This document shows positions 40,865 to 56,105 of a stretch of DNA of 64,000 nucleotides, piece after piece (position 1 is the stretch's first letter; every line of letters starts with the position of its first letter). A program made the position numbers and the translations under genes. The notes below the pieces were generated by a model. That model saw only the letters and a program-made list of their open reading frames with translations, did not search any database and had not been told where the DNA came from. Source of the DNA: Felis catus. Lineage: Eukaryota. Where the stretch lies: positions 230,518,001-230,582,000 of the forward strand of contig NC_058368.1 of NCBI RefSeq assembly GCF_018350175.1, given 5' to 3'.

Positions 40865-41238
40865 TGGCTTAGTCTGCTCAGGCTGCCGTAACAAAATACC
40901 AAAAACAACGGGGGGCGGGGGGGGGGACTTAAACAACAGAAATTTATCTGGAAGTCCCAGATGAAGGTACCAATGGATTTGGTGTCTGCTGAGAGCCTCT
41001 TCCTAGTTTACAGATGACCCCTTCTTGTCACACCCTTACAAGATGGAAAAGAGAAACTCTGGGTCACTTCATTTCTTTATAGGGACACTAATCCCAACAT
41101 GGGGGTTCCATTCTCATGACCTCATCTAAACCCAATCACTTTTCAAAGGCCCTGCATCCAAACACGATCAGATTGGGGGTTGAGGCTTTTAACATAAGAA
41201 ATTGGAGGAAGGGGGCCACAAACATTCATTCCAAAGCA
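40865..41238 (-). mobile_element. MaLR solo LTR (MLT1A-like)
   Basis: ttagtctgctcaggctgccgtaacaaaatacc...catgacctcatctaaacccaatcac...acaaacattcattccaaagca. Confidence 0.82.
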
Positions 41239-43001
41239 TTATCCTTTAAAAAAAATCTGAAAGACTCTGGTGTAATGCACTCAGTTCTTAGCTTCTTGAG
41301 CTCTAACTGTATATGTAAAATTCTAAATTACTACAAACCAGACAAGGAGTAAGGGCAGTGTTAATGCCAGCAATAAATTCTCTGGCATTTTTTTCCTGTG
41401 AATCACCTGTACAATTCACAACATGTGAATCACCTGTACAAAGTGTAGTTTGAACATTTAAGTAATAACTAAGAATCGAGGGCTTCTAGAACTTTTGCAA
41501 GTTTTGTTAAAATGCAACCGATGAAAAGAAAACTGTGCACAAAACTGAGAAATGTTAACTCTCGAGCATAAAAGTAAAATTTACTACCAAGAATAAGGGA
41601 GGGTTTCCCTGAAAACTTCCCCCAAGCCAGATTTTTTTTTAAAACCACATAGGCCTTTCTCCTTTTTCTTTTGCTTTCCCTTTACCTACTCTGTGCTTGA
41701 TTTTTAATCTTCAGCCTGATAAATGAAGATACGTAAATACTGAAATATATGTATATCCATAGAAGTGTGTGTATGTCATAATTTGGCAGTGATGCAGATA
41801 GTAAATCAAAAATATTCTGCTACCTTTGCTCCTGTTAGTTTCCTGGAAATATTTTGTCTTCTTGACTGTGACCCGTCTTTGTTACAAAGAAATTCTCTGT
41901 CCTGACTTGATGACATTTTGCACCTTTATTTTTCTCATATTTCAAGCTCTTAGACAATGTTTGGTAATGTGCCCTCAAGATATAGTCCAAAACAATTTGC
42001 TTAAGGCTTACAAATTCAGTCCTGTGTTCGTAGGAGTACATAGCTGGATGATCAGTGGGTTGATTGTATGAAAGATGTAGCCACAACTTGCCTTCTGTCC
42101 ACGTGCTAGTCTTATAGCAAGTTTAGGATGGATGCATCTTGTGTTTCGACTTATAAATGATGTATTTCCAGTTTGGTGATAAAATTGCATATCCCATGAC
42201 TTGTCACAGACCCTCACTCCAGAAGAAGCTTAGCCCTAAAAGTTTGCATGGGCAGAGTGTTCATGACCGAAGTCAGATCCTGATGTCACCATCACCCTAG
42301 GGTCCTGTTGGAGTTGATTTTCCAGGCAGCATAACGTCAAGTACATTGGCACACTCTTAGAGAAGACTTCAGGTCTTTTTATAGGTGGTAAAAGTCTATT
42401 TTTAATAGACAATTGATAAATCTTTCCCTGTTAACTCAGTAAAAGTTTGAAATAATGTACCCAGATAAAAGCCACACACACTGAGTGGCTTTGAAATAAC
42501 TCTTTTTCTTTGGTATTGACACACCAGGGTGCCATCAATGTTCCGAAATAGCAGAGAATCCCCTTTGAACTTCATTTCTAGTTGCCACCAAAGATTATCC
42601 GTATTCACATCAGTTTTCCTTTTATTTCCTTCAGATTCTCTTTGTAGCCATTAAGAAAGGATTGTAATAAAAGATATTTAAGAGCTACATAGATCACATG
42701 TCCGAGCAGAAGAAAATTGTCTACTGATTTAGCCATTTATCCTATTTTATTGTGAAGAAGTTAGGAAAGGAGAACAAGATGAGCCCAGCAAATGATAACA
42801 CAGCTCCTTTTTGTTCTTAGAGTTTGGCTATCGCATTTTGTAACCAGCGTGCAAATACTACTTCTGGGCACGTCCAGCTGTTACATTAGTTCTCCCTACA
42901 TGACAGGGAAATGCCATGCCTATTGAGTTTCACATTTCATAATATGATTGTTCTGAATATTACCAAATCTTTATATGAAGACAGTAGCTTAAAAGTTTGA
43001 A

Positions 43002-43164
43002 GGGGGCACCTGGGTGACTCAGTAGGTTAAGCTTCTGAGTCTTGATTTCAGCTCAGGTCATGATCTCACGGTTCATGCATTTGAACCCTGCATGGGGCTC
43101 TGTACTGACGGTGCAGAGTCTGCTTGGGATTCTCTGTCTTCCTCTCTCTCTGCCCCTCTCCTGT

Positions 43165-43215
<51 letters not shown>

Positions 43216-43237
43216 ATAAAGAAATAAACTTCAAAAA
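43002..43237 (+). mobile_element. CAN-SINE with expanded (CT)n tract
   Basis: SINE head, long CT run, A tail; degenerate TSD aaaagttt(g/t)aagg. Confidence 0.93.
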
Positions 43238-45023
43238 AAAGTTTTAAGGAGATGACCAAATAAACCATGAAAAAAAAAGCTTATATAAAGTAATTTTCCA
43301 TTTCCTGTTGCACCAGCAGAGACATTCAGTTCCCCAAACTGGTTTCTCTGGACGAGTCAGTATTACCCCTGCTTCATCATGGAAGTCGGCAAACCTGCAG
43401 AATGACTGGTCTCTTTCCCTGGCACTATTCTACCCAGTGTAGCGAGCCCGTCTCAAATAACGAACCGGGAGCAATGTGACAAGGCTGGTTCACTTCCAAT
43501 GTTGTTACTTTTTGTACTTACAAGAAATGTACTGGTTTCATTAGTAGGCTTGCACAGGCGCAAAGTCATTTCGGAATGGTTTAGAAGTGGCTTTGGTTAA
43601 AAGCATAAGCAGATTCCCCCACGTTGAGTGTCCTTGTTACGACGTTGAAATAGAGTGACACTCTCATTGAAGGTGACCTTTTGTGGGATGTCCGACGTCC
43701 ATCCTTGGGATATTCATCTCTGAGCTTTGGCCTTCGCTTAAACTAAGCTGTGGCATAATTGAGAAAAAGAAGACATGAGTTTTTAATTTTTCTCGTAGAA
43801 AATAATGCAATTCTTAAAATGATTTGTGACAGTTAAATAACTTTACACTTTCCCTATCGACACTTCCATCTTTATGTTCCAAGGATATGAAGTAAGCTTG
43901 TGCTCCAGTAAAATTTTCAGAACTAAGAAACACAGGTTTTGAAATACAGCTATGATTGTGTATTTATACATAGATATACACACATATACATGTACAGATA
44001 TGGGCCCAAATATGTGCAGGGAAGTTTAGTATATGTCATTTAGACTATATGTTAAGCAGCCATTAATAAACACAAATAAGGAGTAAAATAAATTAGTGTC
44101 CCTACCCTGAAATTGTGAAGGATGATTTTGTTTTCCTGGGACTTTTCTCATAGGTAAATACGCGAGTATTTTTTCTAAACATAGAGTTTACTTCATTTCT
44201 ACCCTCATTGTATTTATTGCCTTTATCTTTCCCAAAAGACAAAGGTGGTTTGTGATCAAAGATCAGAATCACTATTGTAATTTTTCATATTTTTAAAATC
44301 CTAAGAGGAACAGAAAACTTGAACTGTGGAAAACATGAAAGACACGAACACTTTGTTAATGAGTTTTTATTACCTTGCGTGTTTCTGTGGCGCATTTTAC
44401 TTGCTGTAAAGCACAAACCACATACCGCTTTGCATCCTGCTTTGTTCATTTTACGTTTATTATTTGTCCAGACACATTGCTACACAGTCGTCATAACGAC
44501 CATTTTTAATGGTCTGCTGACATCCCCTTGTGCAGTAAGTGGTAGTTTTGAAATTATTTGTTTTAATTTTTAATTACACATTCTTTTATTATTCGTCAGA
44601 TCCAATTCAAAGCCAACTGAACGATCAGAATCGCCATAAAATCTAGATTTGCCGTTAGCTAGGTCAATGCATCTGATAAGCGATAGCAATTGTCTCTTTT
44701 TGTGATGTCTATAATGCAGTGATGGAATTCAAAGTCCGACAAATACGTATTTTAGGAGTTATATAAGAATTTATCAGCTGGCACTTAGGCATAAGAATTG
44801 AAGGCATTTGAGTGTTGCTATGTACTCTGTTATGCTAGTAGTATGCTAACTGTAAGACCTGCCACCTTGATCGTTGGCTTTCGTCCACTCTACCCACCAA
44901 AATTAATTTATTTCCTCTTCCTTTTAACAGCAATGTGCCACTGTTCTTACAGAGCTTATGCGTTCTCCTGCCAATTACATTCACTTATGTACATGCTCTA
45001 CAGCCTTTGACTTTCCGTCCTAA

Positions 45024-45380
<357 letters not shown>

Positions 45381-48300
45381 TGACTAGTTCATTATCATAA
45401 AGAGGAAATCTGGAATTATGAGCACGTCCTTAGAAAGGAATAGAAATCCAGTTGTGAGATATGCAATTCCAATACAGTTTTTGAGGATGTTAGAGAAAGA
45501 CCAGTTCCATTGAACTGTTGGACATAGAAAGGTATTCCTTTTAAAAATTCTCAAGGGCTCGGGAGTCCTTGAAGATCACTACAAAGTATAGATGAATAGA
45601 TGTAAGTATGGTCATTGAAAATGCTGTGATATGCTTTCCATTCTATCTGTGTAGCTGAGCTATTTTGTTTTCAGGGGAGACTGTGACATGTGGATGCTTT
45701 CCCAAGCTCTGTTGTTTCCTGTTAAGGGAGCTAATACCCAAGCGCCTTGTTTCAAAACCCATGCAAACCCCTATAATGTTGTAGTTGGTCCAGTCCCCAG
45801 AGGAAAAAAACCTCTTTCATTTTTAACCTATGGGCTTACAGAGTAGAATAGTATTGCTGGGTCTCTTTGGCCAGAAGGGACAATGGGGAAGGAGATTAGG
45901 AGGGCCTTTTTCTCTGAATTCTTGAAAATACACACTGTTCCTGATTGGTTTTCATGGAAAATTTCCACGACCCTCATTTTGGGTAGAAAAGGATTCACCA
46001 TAGCAAAGAATTCTTGAGTTTAGTCACTAACCGTTACATGAGCTAACTTGTCTTATTGCACAGAAGAGTGTAGTCAAATGGGAGAATGAGGGCATATGGG
46101 GAAAATATCAAGAGAGGAAGTTTGAACCTCTGCCATCCATTTTTCATTTCATTTAATATAAAACCCTGGGGCTTGGAAGACACATAAATCACTGTCTCGC
46201 ATTCACTTTCTTTAAAACGATGTTAATAAGACACAGAGAATTCTCAGAAGCTCAGTATCACAGGCACTGCACATACTGTCCTCAGCATTGTCACACAGCT
46301 ACATCCTCCCTTCTTGCTCTAGCTTCCAATATCTGCCTTCTTGTGTCTTCTCTGTCGTTCTTTGTTTCCACTGCTGCAGCAATGCCTTCTTTCTCAGGTG
46401 GGACATCCCAGCCCTTGGGGACAAGCCCTGACAACACCTCCCAGGAGCTGGCTGCTGACATATGGGCAGACCCATCCCTTCTTTTGAGAGTCTTAGGAAT
46501 GAACATCACTGTCTCTTTCCTCCCCGTCCATAGGTGTCCCCAATGTTGCTCATAAGGAATTCAGGCTGGACTAGACTTGAAGCGAAGTTACCTTTTGCTT
46601 TCAACCAGAGAAAAGTTTCAAAAGTTGAGTCACGTCAGGAGGAGTCCCAGAGTAGGGCCTTGCATGACTGGGGAAGAAATAATAATGGAAATCACTTCCT
46701 TGAATGAACCCTGCGTTCGATCTTATCTCCCTCTAAATTTAAGAGGCTTTGATTCAAGTTACAACTCAAACTTAGTCTCTGCCTTTTCTGAGCTTTGTGA
46801 CCCTGAGCAAATGATAGTGCCTGATTGCTCGGATGTGTCAGTTTCAGACAGAGAATACTGTGGCTGCTTCAAATCACAGCTTGCAGATCAATCCTGACAC
46901 TAGATGCAGAAATGGTGGCAGGATGCCACAGGCCAATGGACTGTTATTACATGTGGCCAAAAGTTTGGTCAACGCTACTTATCAAAAGCATTTGCCATCC
47001 TAATAACTCTAGAAAAATGGCGTAGTCCTCAGGCAGGCCAAGGGACTGCTAAGGAATATTTGTGTGTAGTTATAAATATATAAATATACATATATTTATT
47101 TACTAAGAGTTTTCTTATCAAAATACAAATGCACAAGCATGCATAATAGTCAATCACATTATCTTCATTTACTGTGTAATGTATTAACACACCATATTAA
47201 ATGATAAGGACATATGTGGGAAGGGAAAGTAGACAATCCATAGTGATGATTTAGGGTCATCATTAAGCCAAATACTGATAAATTGTTATAATTTTTAAAA
47301 GATCAAAAATAACTTGTACAAAAACCAAACAGAGAAATCCTTCCTTTTCAAAAAAAAAAGATTTTTTTAAGAAAGAGTCTTCAGTGATTAACAGATTGAT
47401 TAAAGACTCACAATGGGATCAAGTTTCATGCAGACAGTGCTACCATCTGAAACCTAGAGTACTAAGAATGTATTTTTATAGCAACTGTTGAAATTTAGTG
47501 GCATTTTTTTAGTGTCCTTAACTTTTTATGACCCAAACAAAAGCAGAAATGTAAAGTGTAAAGCACCAGAATTCTGTATAGAGACAGCTTTTTATAGACC
47601 TCATCATGCGAAACAATAACTTCCCTTTATGGGAAGATCACGCACACTCTTTTTCTGTAACAAATTGACTAGCAAACTAGATCTTCATAATGGTCTTAAA
47701 TACTTTTTAAACTTTAAGAGACTCATTACTTGGTTTATGAGCATCAGAAAAAGAATAATGGTATAATGGCAGAAGCAGAGTGATACATTTTTTTCATAGT
47801 CAACATGGACTTTGGTTACTTATTTTTTTCCCACTTCCAGCACAATTATTTTGTTTGTCACAGAATATCAAAACAATTGGATATAGTACTTTGGAGATTT
47901 CCAAAACGTGAATGAATGCTCTTTCAACTCGCATTTATGGGTTATTTCCGTTGTAATTGAACTTTATGCAAACCTAGGGTTTGAACTATAGAAATACATT
48001 CTGCACTTATTATTAAGTCGGGTACTTTAGATATTTTTGTAGAGTCCCCCTAAAATGTGACCATTTTCAAAGAATCTATTATTTATTTTATTTACTTTCT
48101 AAAAAAAGAGAGAGTAAAGAGATACTTGGATATTAAGCTGTTAATATTTAATGAGGTAACATGATAGCAACATAGATGTAGTGAAGAAAGAAACAGAATC
48201 TCTGGCCATGTGGCCAAAATGAATAAAAAATAAGAGAACTGGGAAATTTGAGACTTGTCCCTAGAGTCAGGGGCAACAGCCTTGACAAGGACAGTGAATT

Positions 48301-48929
48301 AAGTGGAGCTTAGCAGTTGGAGTACCATGGAAAAGTGAACCCGGACATCAGTGGAGTACAGCAAATAAAAGCAGAAACCATGGTTTGACAATTGTCTTAT
48401 TCTAGTTAATGGTGTGATGTGAAGCATAAAGTTTAAATAAAAAGAAACAAAGTTTTGAAAATGGTGCATGAAGCATGATGCCTAGGAGGTAGGAATTGGG
48501 TCAGAATAAACACAGAGGTTATCTGAAGATCCTGCCCAATCAACAGGCTCCTAGAGACAACACATTCAGTTGGACATGATGACCAGCCTGAGGCAGGACA
48601 AGGATGGGCCCAACCTAAGGAGGAGGAGATGGAGAGGATCTAGGTCATAACCAAGTCACTGGCCTTCATCACACATGACTTAGTGATTTCTTCCCCACAA
48701 GACCCCAGTAGCTAGTCCTGATAGCAAGGACTGCACTTGTCTTGTGAGTGCCATATACATCCAAATCCACTATAGAGTAAACCTGGCTCTTGGGAGTTTG
48801 GCATTACTTTCGTCATCGTCATTGAACGATCTGATTTCCAAAGCCGTAAGTTATAGAATCAGCTACACCTGGGGGAACTTCCAGCCAAGATGCCCAGATG
48901 AAGTGACAAGGTCCAGGTTTACCTGCCTT

Positions 48930-50650
48930 TAAGGAAGAATAACAACAACAACAAATAATCTAGAGAAATATAACAAACAATGGTTTTTAAGACACCAAGC
49001 ATTAGTCAGTGAAGGACAGTGATCTAGGAGAGACAGAAAACAAGCAAGGTGAGTACTTGCTTATCCTCTGGACTGGAAGAACAGAATACCGAGTGGCAAG
49101 ACCTGAGCCACTGCCTTGGGAGTCTGCAGACCATGGCCCAAGACCTGGGAACTCCAGAGGAGCTCAGCAGACACTGAGCCTAGGAGACGGAGCTGGGAAT
49201 CTGGGGAGACAGGGCGCCTGGAGTTCATAGGACAGAGTTCCAGACAGGAGAAAGCCACACACAGAGGATTCCCCTCAAATATTCAGCAGGGAACTATCAG
49301 TGAATGCATGTGAGGTAAATGCCCAAAGCAGAGGAAAGAAGCTCGTGCAATTAGGGAGAATTAAACTCAGCTCACACAGGGATGGGTATAGTGTGCCTAA
49401 CGAAGAGCCAGACAGGAAAACCTCGTGCTTCATGGGCCACTGGGTATGTGCTCAGGAGGGTCTTGTCTTCTGATACGAAGCATATAATTAGCCCTGGACT
49501 AAATATGACCTGGTATCTCCTATAAAATCTTAAAAGTAAGATCCAAAAGTAGCAATAGTTTCCACATTAACTGAATCCTAGAACAATGCTTAAAAATATC
49601 TGTAGGAATACAAAAAGCATGCATGCTTTAATCTGCATCCAGCAGATTAAAATGAAGAATGTCTGGCATCTTAGTTGAAAATAAGCTTACAACCAAATAA
49701 AGAGGAAAATGTAGTTCATAATAAGGAGAAACATTAATCTTTCAAAAGCGACTCAGAACGGACACAGAAGTTAACATTAGCAGACAAGCAGTTGCTATCA
49801 ACTGTGTTCCCTGTGTTCAAGAAGTTAATTAGAACATGGAAAGTAAGTAAGACTCAAATAAAACCTCTAGAGTTGTAAATACAACGTATGAAATAAAAAA
49901 CACATGGGATGGGATGGGATAATAGGAAGGTTAGCTATTGCAGAAGAAAAAGATTTACAAACTGAACAGAAACTACCCAAAATGAAACACAAAGGAAAAA
50001 AAAACCCATAAATTATCAGTGAGCCTCAAGTGGCCTGATACACATGTAATTAGAACCCTCAAAGGTGGGGTGCCTGGGTGACTTAGTTGGTTAAGCATCT
50101 GACTCCTGATTTCAGCTCAGGTCATGGTCTTACAGTTTGTGAGATCGAGCCCCTTGTCAGGTCCTGTGATGAGAGCACATAGCCTGCTTGGAATTCTCTC
50201 TCAATCCCTCTCTGCCCACACTCTCTTTCAGTCTCTCAGATAAAGTTAAAAAAAATTTTCTTAAAAAAAAATCCCAAAGGAAAGGAGAGAGAAAGGAGAA
50301 AGATAAGAGAACAAAAATATTTGGAGAAATAATACCTGAAAATTTCCCAAATGTAATGAAAACCCTAAACTCCCAGATCCAAAGCAGTTCAAGAAAACCC
50401 AAGCAGAAGCATGAAGGAACCGTACTAAGGTGCATCAGTCAAATTGATCAAAATCAGTAGTAAAGAGAACATCTTAAAATCAGCTAGAGAGTAACATTGT
50501 GTGTCAACTGCACGCACAAAAAAAATTATGACTTATTAAAAAAAAAGGCAGCTGGAAGAAAAAAAGACTTGTTCTTACAAAGAGAAGAGTGACAGCTGAT
50601 TTCTCATCAGCAACAATGACAATGAGAAGACAGTGAAGCAACATTCTGAA
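48930..50650 (+). mobile_element. Ancient L1 5'/ORF1 remnant, interrupted by a SINE
   Basis: A-rich sense strand; residual translation KIFGEIIPENFPNVMKTLNSQIQ resembles the L1 ORF1p motif EII-ENFPNL...QIQE; gacagctgatttctcatcagcaacaatg is also ORF1-like. Confidence 0.75.
50067..50271 (+). mobile_element. CAN-SINE nested in the L1 remnant
   Basis: Head ggggtgcctgggtgacttagttggttaagc, A-rich tail. Confidence 0.9.
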
Positions 50651-53600
50651 TCTGCCGGGGCCAATTACATATAAAACTGATTCTGGTTCGGTATCTATCA
50701 GACACAACCTGCTCTTAAAGGAACCCCGGGGCACAGATTATACCTAGGACAGTTGTAATACGGTCAGGAACCTAATCCCCATTTGAGCACAGTTTAAGAC
50801 ATGGGCTAACCTGGGAACTGGCATTATTAATTATCTGAGCAGGTGGGTCAGTGGGAATTCAAACAAAAACTTCAGGTTAACTGTTCTTGCATCATCAGAG
50901 CTGTGGGGCTCAGGTCTTGCCACTCGGTATTCTGTTCTTCCAGTCCAGAGGATAAGCAAGTATTCATCGGCCCCGTGTCAGGGTCTAACCCCACACGCAG
51001 GGACCACAGGATTAAGGGATTAGTTTGGCTTTAGAAAAGACCAGTAAAGGAGCGTGTGAGCACTTTAAGCCCTAACAGTGTTTCTGTGGAAGTGGCTACA
51101 ACTTGCTGGCCCTTTCAAAAATTGTGGTAGCTTTGATCCTTTTTATTAGTTCCTTTCAGTGGAGAGTGCTATTCTTAAATAATAACCACTAGATTCTAAA
51201 AATTAACCTAATATGATCTTTCATCAGGTAAACACTTTTTTACTCTCCGATTGTGAGCTGTTAGTTGGAAGACACTTGAAACAGGAAGCTGAGTTTGACT
51301 TGGTACCTTCCCCCTGGTACCTTCCAGTATGATAAACATGTAAACGAGAAGTTCAAAACCCATTGTGGATGCTATGGTAGGAACGTATACACAAAGGTGT
51401 ATGTCTACACTAGGCACAAGAGTGTTTCTGGAGTCAGTTTTACAAGGAAGAGGCCTTGAATGAGGAAGTACACTGCCAACGTCACTAGCTAACACCTTAG
51501 GGCTAGGAGTCCATGATTAGAGTTCACTGTAATACACTAGCAGATCTCCTTTAAGAAGGATGCTAGCGGCCATAGCAAAGAGGTCCCAAATACGCAAGGG
51601 CTAATTCGAGATAGAAGACAGAAGTTATCTTCTCTGATGTAACAGGTATGGGCAGGTGTGTGAAGAGGGAAGCTCCCCTCCATGAATTAATTCACCCTGG
51701 CTCACAACAGCCGTTCTGCCATCTTCAACACGTGACTTCCAAGGCTACTCTTGTGGTCACCATCTACCAGCAAGAAGCAGAAAAAAAAACACAAATCCAC
51801 AACCAGAAACGTTCCCTTACGAGAGTCAAGATCTTACGTGTGTGTCCCTCGCGCATAATCTGGGCTCAACTCCTAGCCTCCAGTAGACACATGCTTTCTC
51901 TACATTCATAGGCCCCTGACAGTGAAAACCAATTCCCAGTCATAAAGTAATCTGAATCCAGATTCAAAAGGAGTAAAATTCTTCATTCTGAAGGGACAGA
52001 GATTTGGTAACAGATTCCATTTATGTTACAAAATAAAACTGTTAACATCTTAGTAAAAACCAATGGCACTTTAGGTACCTTACTAGCCAGGTCTTCAACC
52101 AAAGGTGTGCCTTGTATTTGCAAGACGGAGAGGGTTTGTATCAGCACAGTCCCTCCAGACTGTGCTTCATGTCCCCCGAATAATACGTTTTCTGGATCCA
52201 AGAGAAAAATATGAGATGTAACTCCCTCTCCCCATGAATCACCATGTTTATAAAGAAAAAAAAGAAGGATGCAATAAAGGAAAAGCTTTCTGATTTAGCG
52301 TCTAATAAGTGAGGATGAGGAACAATTAAATTACTTTTATTTTGTTATATTGAATAAAGAATCCCTGAGTTCTCCCTGCCTACACTTCCCAGTCACCATC
52401 TTTGCTGTCAAAAAAGCAAGGGAGGAAGCAGATTCATTTGAACACTCATTCTTGTCCATATCCCCTTCCCAGTGGGATGTTTACACAGCCCCGTCACTAG
52501 AGAACGTGCCAGACTCTTAGAATAAGATCTGTGGCAGCCGTCCTCTCAGACACACCACGCCTGTGATCTAACAGCGTCACATTTTGTGGCCCAGAAGGCA
52601 TTTCTAAATACCATTTGCACACAGTGAAGACATATTTGATAACAGTCACCAAAAAAGACTCTCTGTGTTCAGAAAGGCCCATTGTTAAAGGTATGTTTTT
52701 TCATTGAGAATTGCTGATCCTTGAGATGGCCTGAGAGGTAGGGGGACAGGTGTACTTGGTACTGTCAGTTGAGTGAATGCGTCTTCTCCATGGCTTTTAT
52801 GTGAGCTTGACCTTCTTTATTTGTTCTTACCACAAAAGCATATCTAAATGCTTGCCCCCCCCCCCCCGCCAGGAAATTCTCTTGCTTGCACTTCAATTTT
52901 CAGCATCGCATAAACACTTGCAGTAAAATTCAGTCTTTGCACTAACCTGACTTACGTTTTAAAAATACAAACAAACGCTTTACGTATGCAATACCTGCCA
53001 TTACCTTAATTAAACATCTTATTTATTAAACTGATTTATTGGTTTAACGACACAAGGGAGTTCCTCGCTAGCCCTCTTCATTACAGATACAACTTTTTAA
53101 AATGGACTTTGAAAACAAAAACATGTAATCCTGCAACACGATCTGAATTTAAACAGGGGACACCTATGTCCTGTCTCCACCGCAGCTGAACCCCAGCATT
53201 TGAGGGCCTTGTGGTTGAGGTTCCCAGCTGCGTCATAAATCCTGTTGTGATCACCGGCCACAGTCCTGTATGAACATGGTAATCCAGGTAGAAATCCACA
53301 CTAGAGAGAATAATGTGACGCATGCAACAAAAGCCACACGGTTCCTGAGTATTTTGAACATTCTTTTTATAGTAAACTGTCAGAATGAGACGGAAGAAGG
53401 AGAATTTTTTTGATACTTTCTGCCCTCATATCATGAGAATGAAGGACTGCGGTAAATAACATAGCATCATAAGTGAATTCAGAAACAAATTTCGAAGTCT
53501 CATGGAATCTGTGCAAAATTCGTTGCAACTTATTCAATTTACAGCTGTCAGATTTTAGCACATTGTGGTCCTGTGACACTGGAGGATGCCAAAATGCATC

Positions 53601-54143
53601 TGAAAGGTGAAATTATGTTTAGAAGGATTTGGTTTGAAAACGTGACTTTTCTTTACCACGTCAAAAGGAAAAGTAGGGAATTTGATAAAGGAATTCAACG
53701 GGGAAACAGTCACGCAACAGAAAACCATTTAATCGCCGACTATGCTTCTAAAGCAGGAGAACTTGTAAGATATTCATCAAAAATATTAATATTTAATGTG
53801 AATAGAGATATTAATCAACAAAGTCAAAAGTTTAGCACCATCAGGGGTTCAGCCTCTTAATAGAATATTTAGTACCAAAAAGAGAACACTATCTCTAGTT
53901 ATTTAGCAAACTATTAGGATTTCAAGAGGGAAAAGCTAGTTAAATTGCAGTGTTGATCTTCTTTTAGGAACATAAGTCAGCCTTAACCAGGGCTTAAGCA
54001 GGGGAGAAATTTTTGGAAAAATTGTAGCCATCAATCCTGTTTATGGCTGGGCTGAGAATTTGAAAAGTGAAGCTTCTGAGAATCCACATCAGATTGAGGT
54101 AGCCTGAGTGGGAAGGGTTAAAAAACATTGTCCTCACTTTATT

Positions 54144-54348
54144 TTTTAAATATTTTTATTTATTTTTGAGAGAGAGACAGAGCACGAGCTGGGAAGGGGC
54201 AGAGAGAGAGGGAGACACAGATTGGGAAGCAGGCTCCAGGCTGAAGCTGTCAGCACAGAGCCTGATGCAGGGCTCGAACTCACGAACCGTGAGATCATGA
54301 CCTGAGCCGAAGTCCGACGCTTAACCCACTGAGCCACCGAGACGCTCC
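54144..54348 (-). mobile_element. Felid CAN-SINE
   Basis: Antisense body; TSD tc(c/t)tcactttatt at 54131-54143 and 54351-54363. Confidence 0.94.
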
Positions 54349-55939
54349 TATCTTCACTTTATTACCAAATCCTCCATGGGGATAGTGAGGAACATTATTG
54401 AACAAAAACTCATGTAATTTTCTTTATTTTGTGTAGTTCAGTTTGGTTTCATCTCTGCACTTGCATTGTGTCCAATGCAAAATGGGAAGAAAAGAAAATA
54501 AACAATCTAGACGTTTCTAGGTAAACTTAATAAAATGCAGCTATTTTTCAGTCTCTTCAGGCTTGACACTTGGCCATATTTATGTTTGTCAGCCTTCATC
54601 CTCTCCTGCCCCCTGCAGTTGATGCTAAACTTGGGGGGTGGGGTTCTTACAGAAATATCCCCGCAGGGGACAGGGATTGGGTGTCTGTTTTCAGTGTGGC
54701 ATCATCTCCGTCCTAAGCTGCCTCTTGCCCAGGACAAACTTCCTTGTCCTGTTGGGCTCTCAGACGGGATATGATAATTGGTGATAGGACTCTCTCTGGT
54801 CCAAGGTTCTCTCCTGGCCCACACCTGCCCCCCCCCCATAACTATTAAGCTCCCCTGAGATACAGCCACAACCTGTAAGCTCCCCTGAGACGCAGCCACA
54901 TCCACTCCTTAACCCAGGCAAGCACTGTCCACACCTGCTGTTCTGATGCGTCCTCTCCTCCTGGCCGACTAACCCCCCTCTGCAGCCCTGGGTCCTCAGC
55001 CTTTCCTCCTCAGCTGACTTACATGGCCCACCCACTGGAGACAACAGAAATGCTCAGAGGCTATTCTATGCCACACTGGAGCCACAGGAGCCCTTTCCTG
55101 CCCCCAAGTCTGTTGCCGGTGGCTCTGTGGCCGCTGCTCCATGATGATGCAGGGACTTCGCTGGTTCTTGAACAGACACTGCCGTGAGCAGGGTGGGCAG
55201 CAGAGCCTTGGTCTTCTCAGCTCTCATCTTCCAGGGATCTTTGTCAGCCCCTCACACAGAGCACGACTTGTCTGGGGGCGCATCCGGTGGCAGCCCCCAC
55301 AATGCTCTCACACCTCCTGCTTCCTCCAACCCGGACCCTTTCTCTCCATGACTTGGAGGCTCCGTGTTGCCTGAGGAGAGGCCAAGTTGTCTTCTGCCTA
55401 TTCTCATCCCCTTCCAGATGTGTCCCAACCTTTTACCTACATCTGTGCCTTCCACCCTTAGAGTCAACATTCACTGCTTTATGCTCTGTCCCATCCTGAA
55501 AACACCTGGGTCAAATAATGGCGGACCTTTCTTCAGGGAGAGCCGTAAGCAAGGAGGAGAAGGAAGAGCATTCGGTGGTTTGAATTGCTGTCACATCACA
55601 TGCACGGAAGCATCCTTTCCTGACACAAACGAGGCCTTTCTCTTTGCCATTCCAATCATACGCAACTTCTTGTATCAGATCTGCTAAATCTGGACAAGCT
55701 GTTCTCAAGACAGGGTTGAAATGCCCAGTAGTTCCATTGATAGCACTCGAAGGGTCTTTAACTCAGGAGTTTCGAGGAGTGCCAGATGGGCTATTTATTG
55801 CAAGTCCTAAGTAATAGCATCCCTTATTAAACCAAGATGAATTGGTGCATTTGTAAGGATTATATCAGCCATGAGTGCAGATGTCTTTCTGAGAGGCAGA
55901 TGAGAACGGAGGCCAAGCCCACCAACTCTGGGACAGCGC

Positions 55940-56105
55940 TCCCTGGGTTCAAGACCTGCCCAAGCGTCTGCAGGCTGAGAAGCCTTGCTGTGGCTCCCTT
56001 GCCTCATCTGTAAAGTGGAAGTTACCATAGTGGCTACTGCATAGGGTAGAGATGGGGATTAAATGAGTTAATACATATAAAGACATTAGAGCAGTGCCTG
56101 ACAGT
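55940..56105 (+). mobile_element. MIR
   Basis: cctcatctgtaaagtgg...ggattaaatgagttaatacatataaag...agcagtgcctgaca. Confidence 0.8.

Noticed and set aside
50188..50460. 90-aa ORF with an EIIPENFPN motif as a protein-coding gene
   Set aside because: It is a decayed L1 ORF1 fragment fused to a SINE tail, with stops and frameshifts around it.
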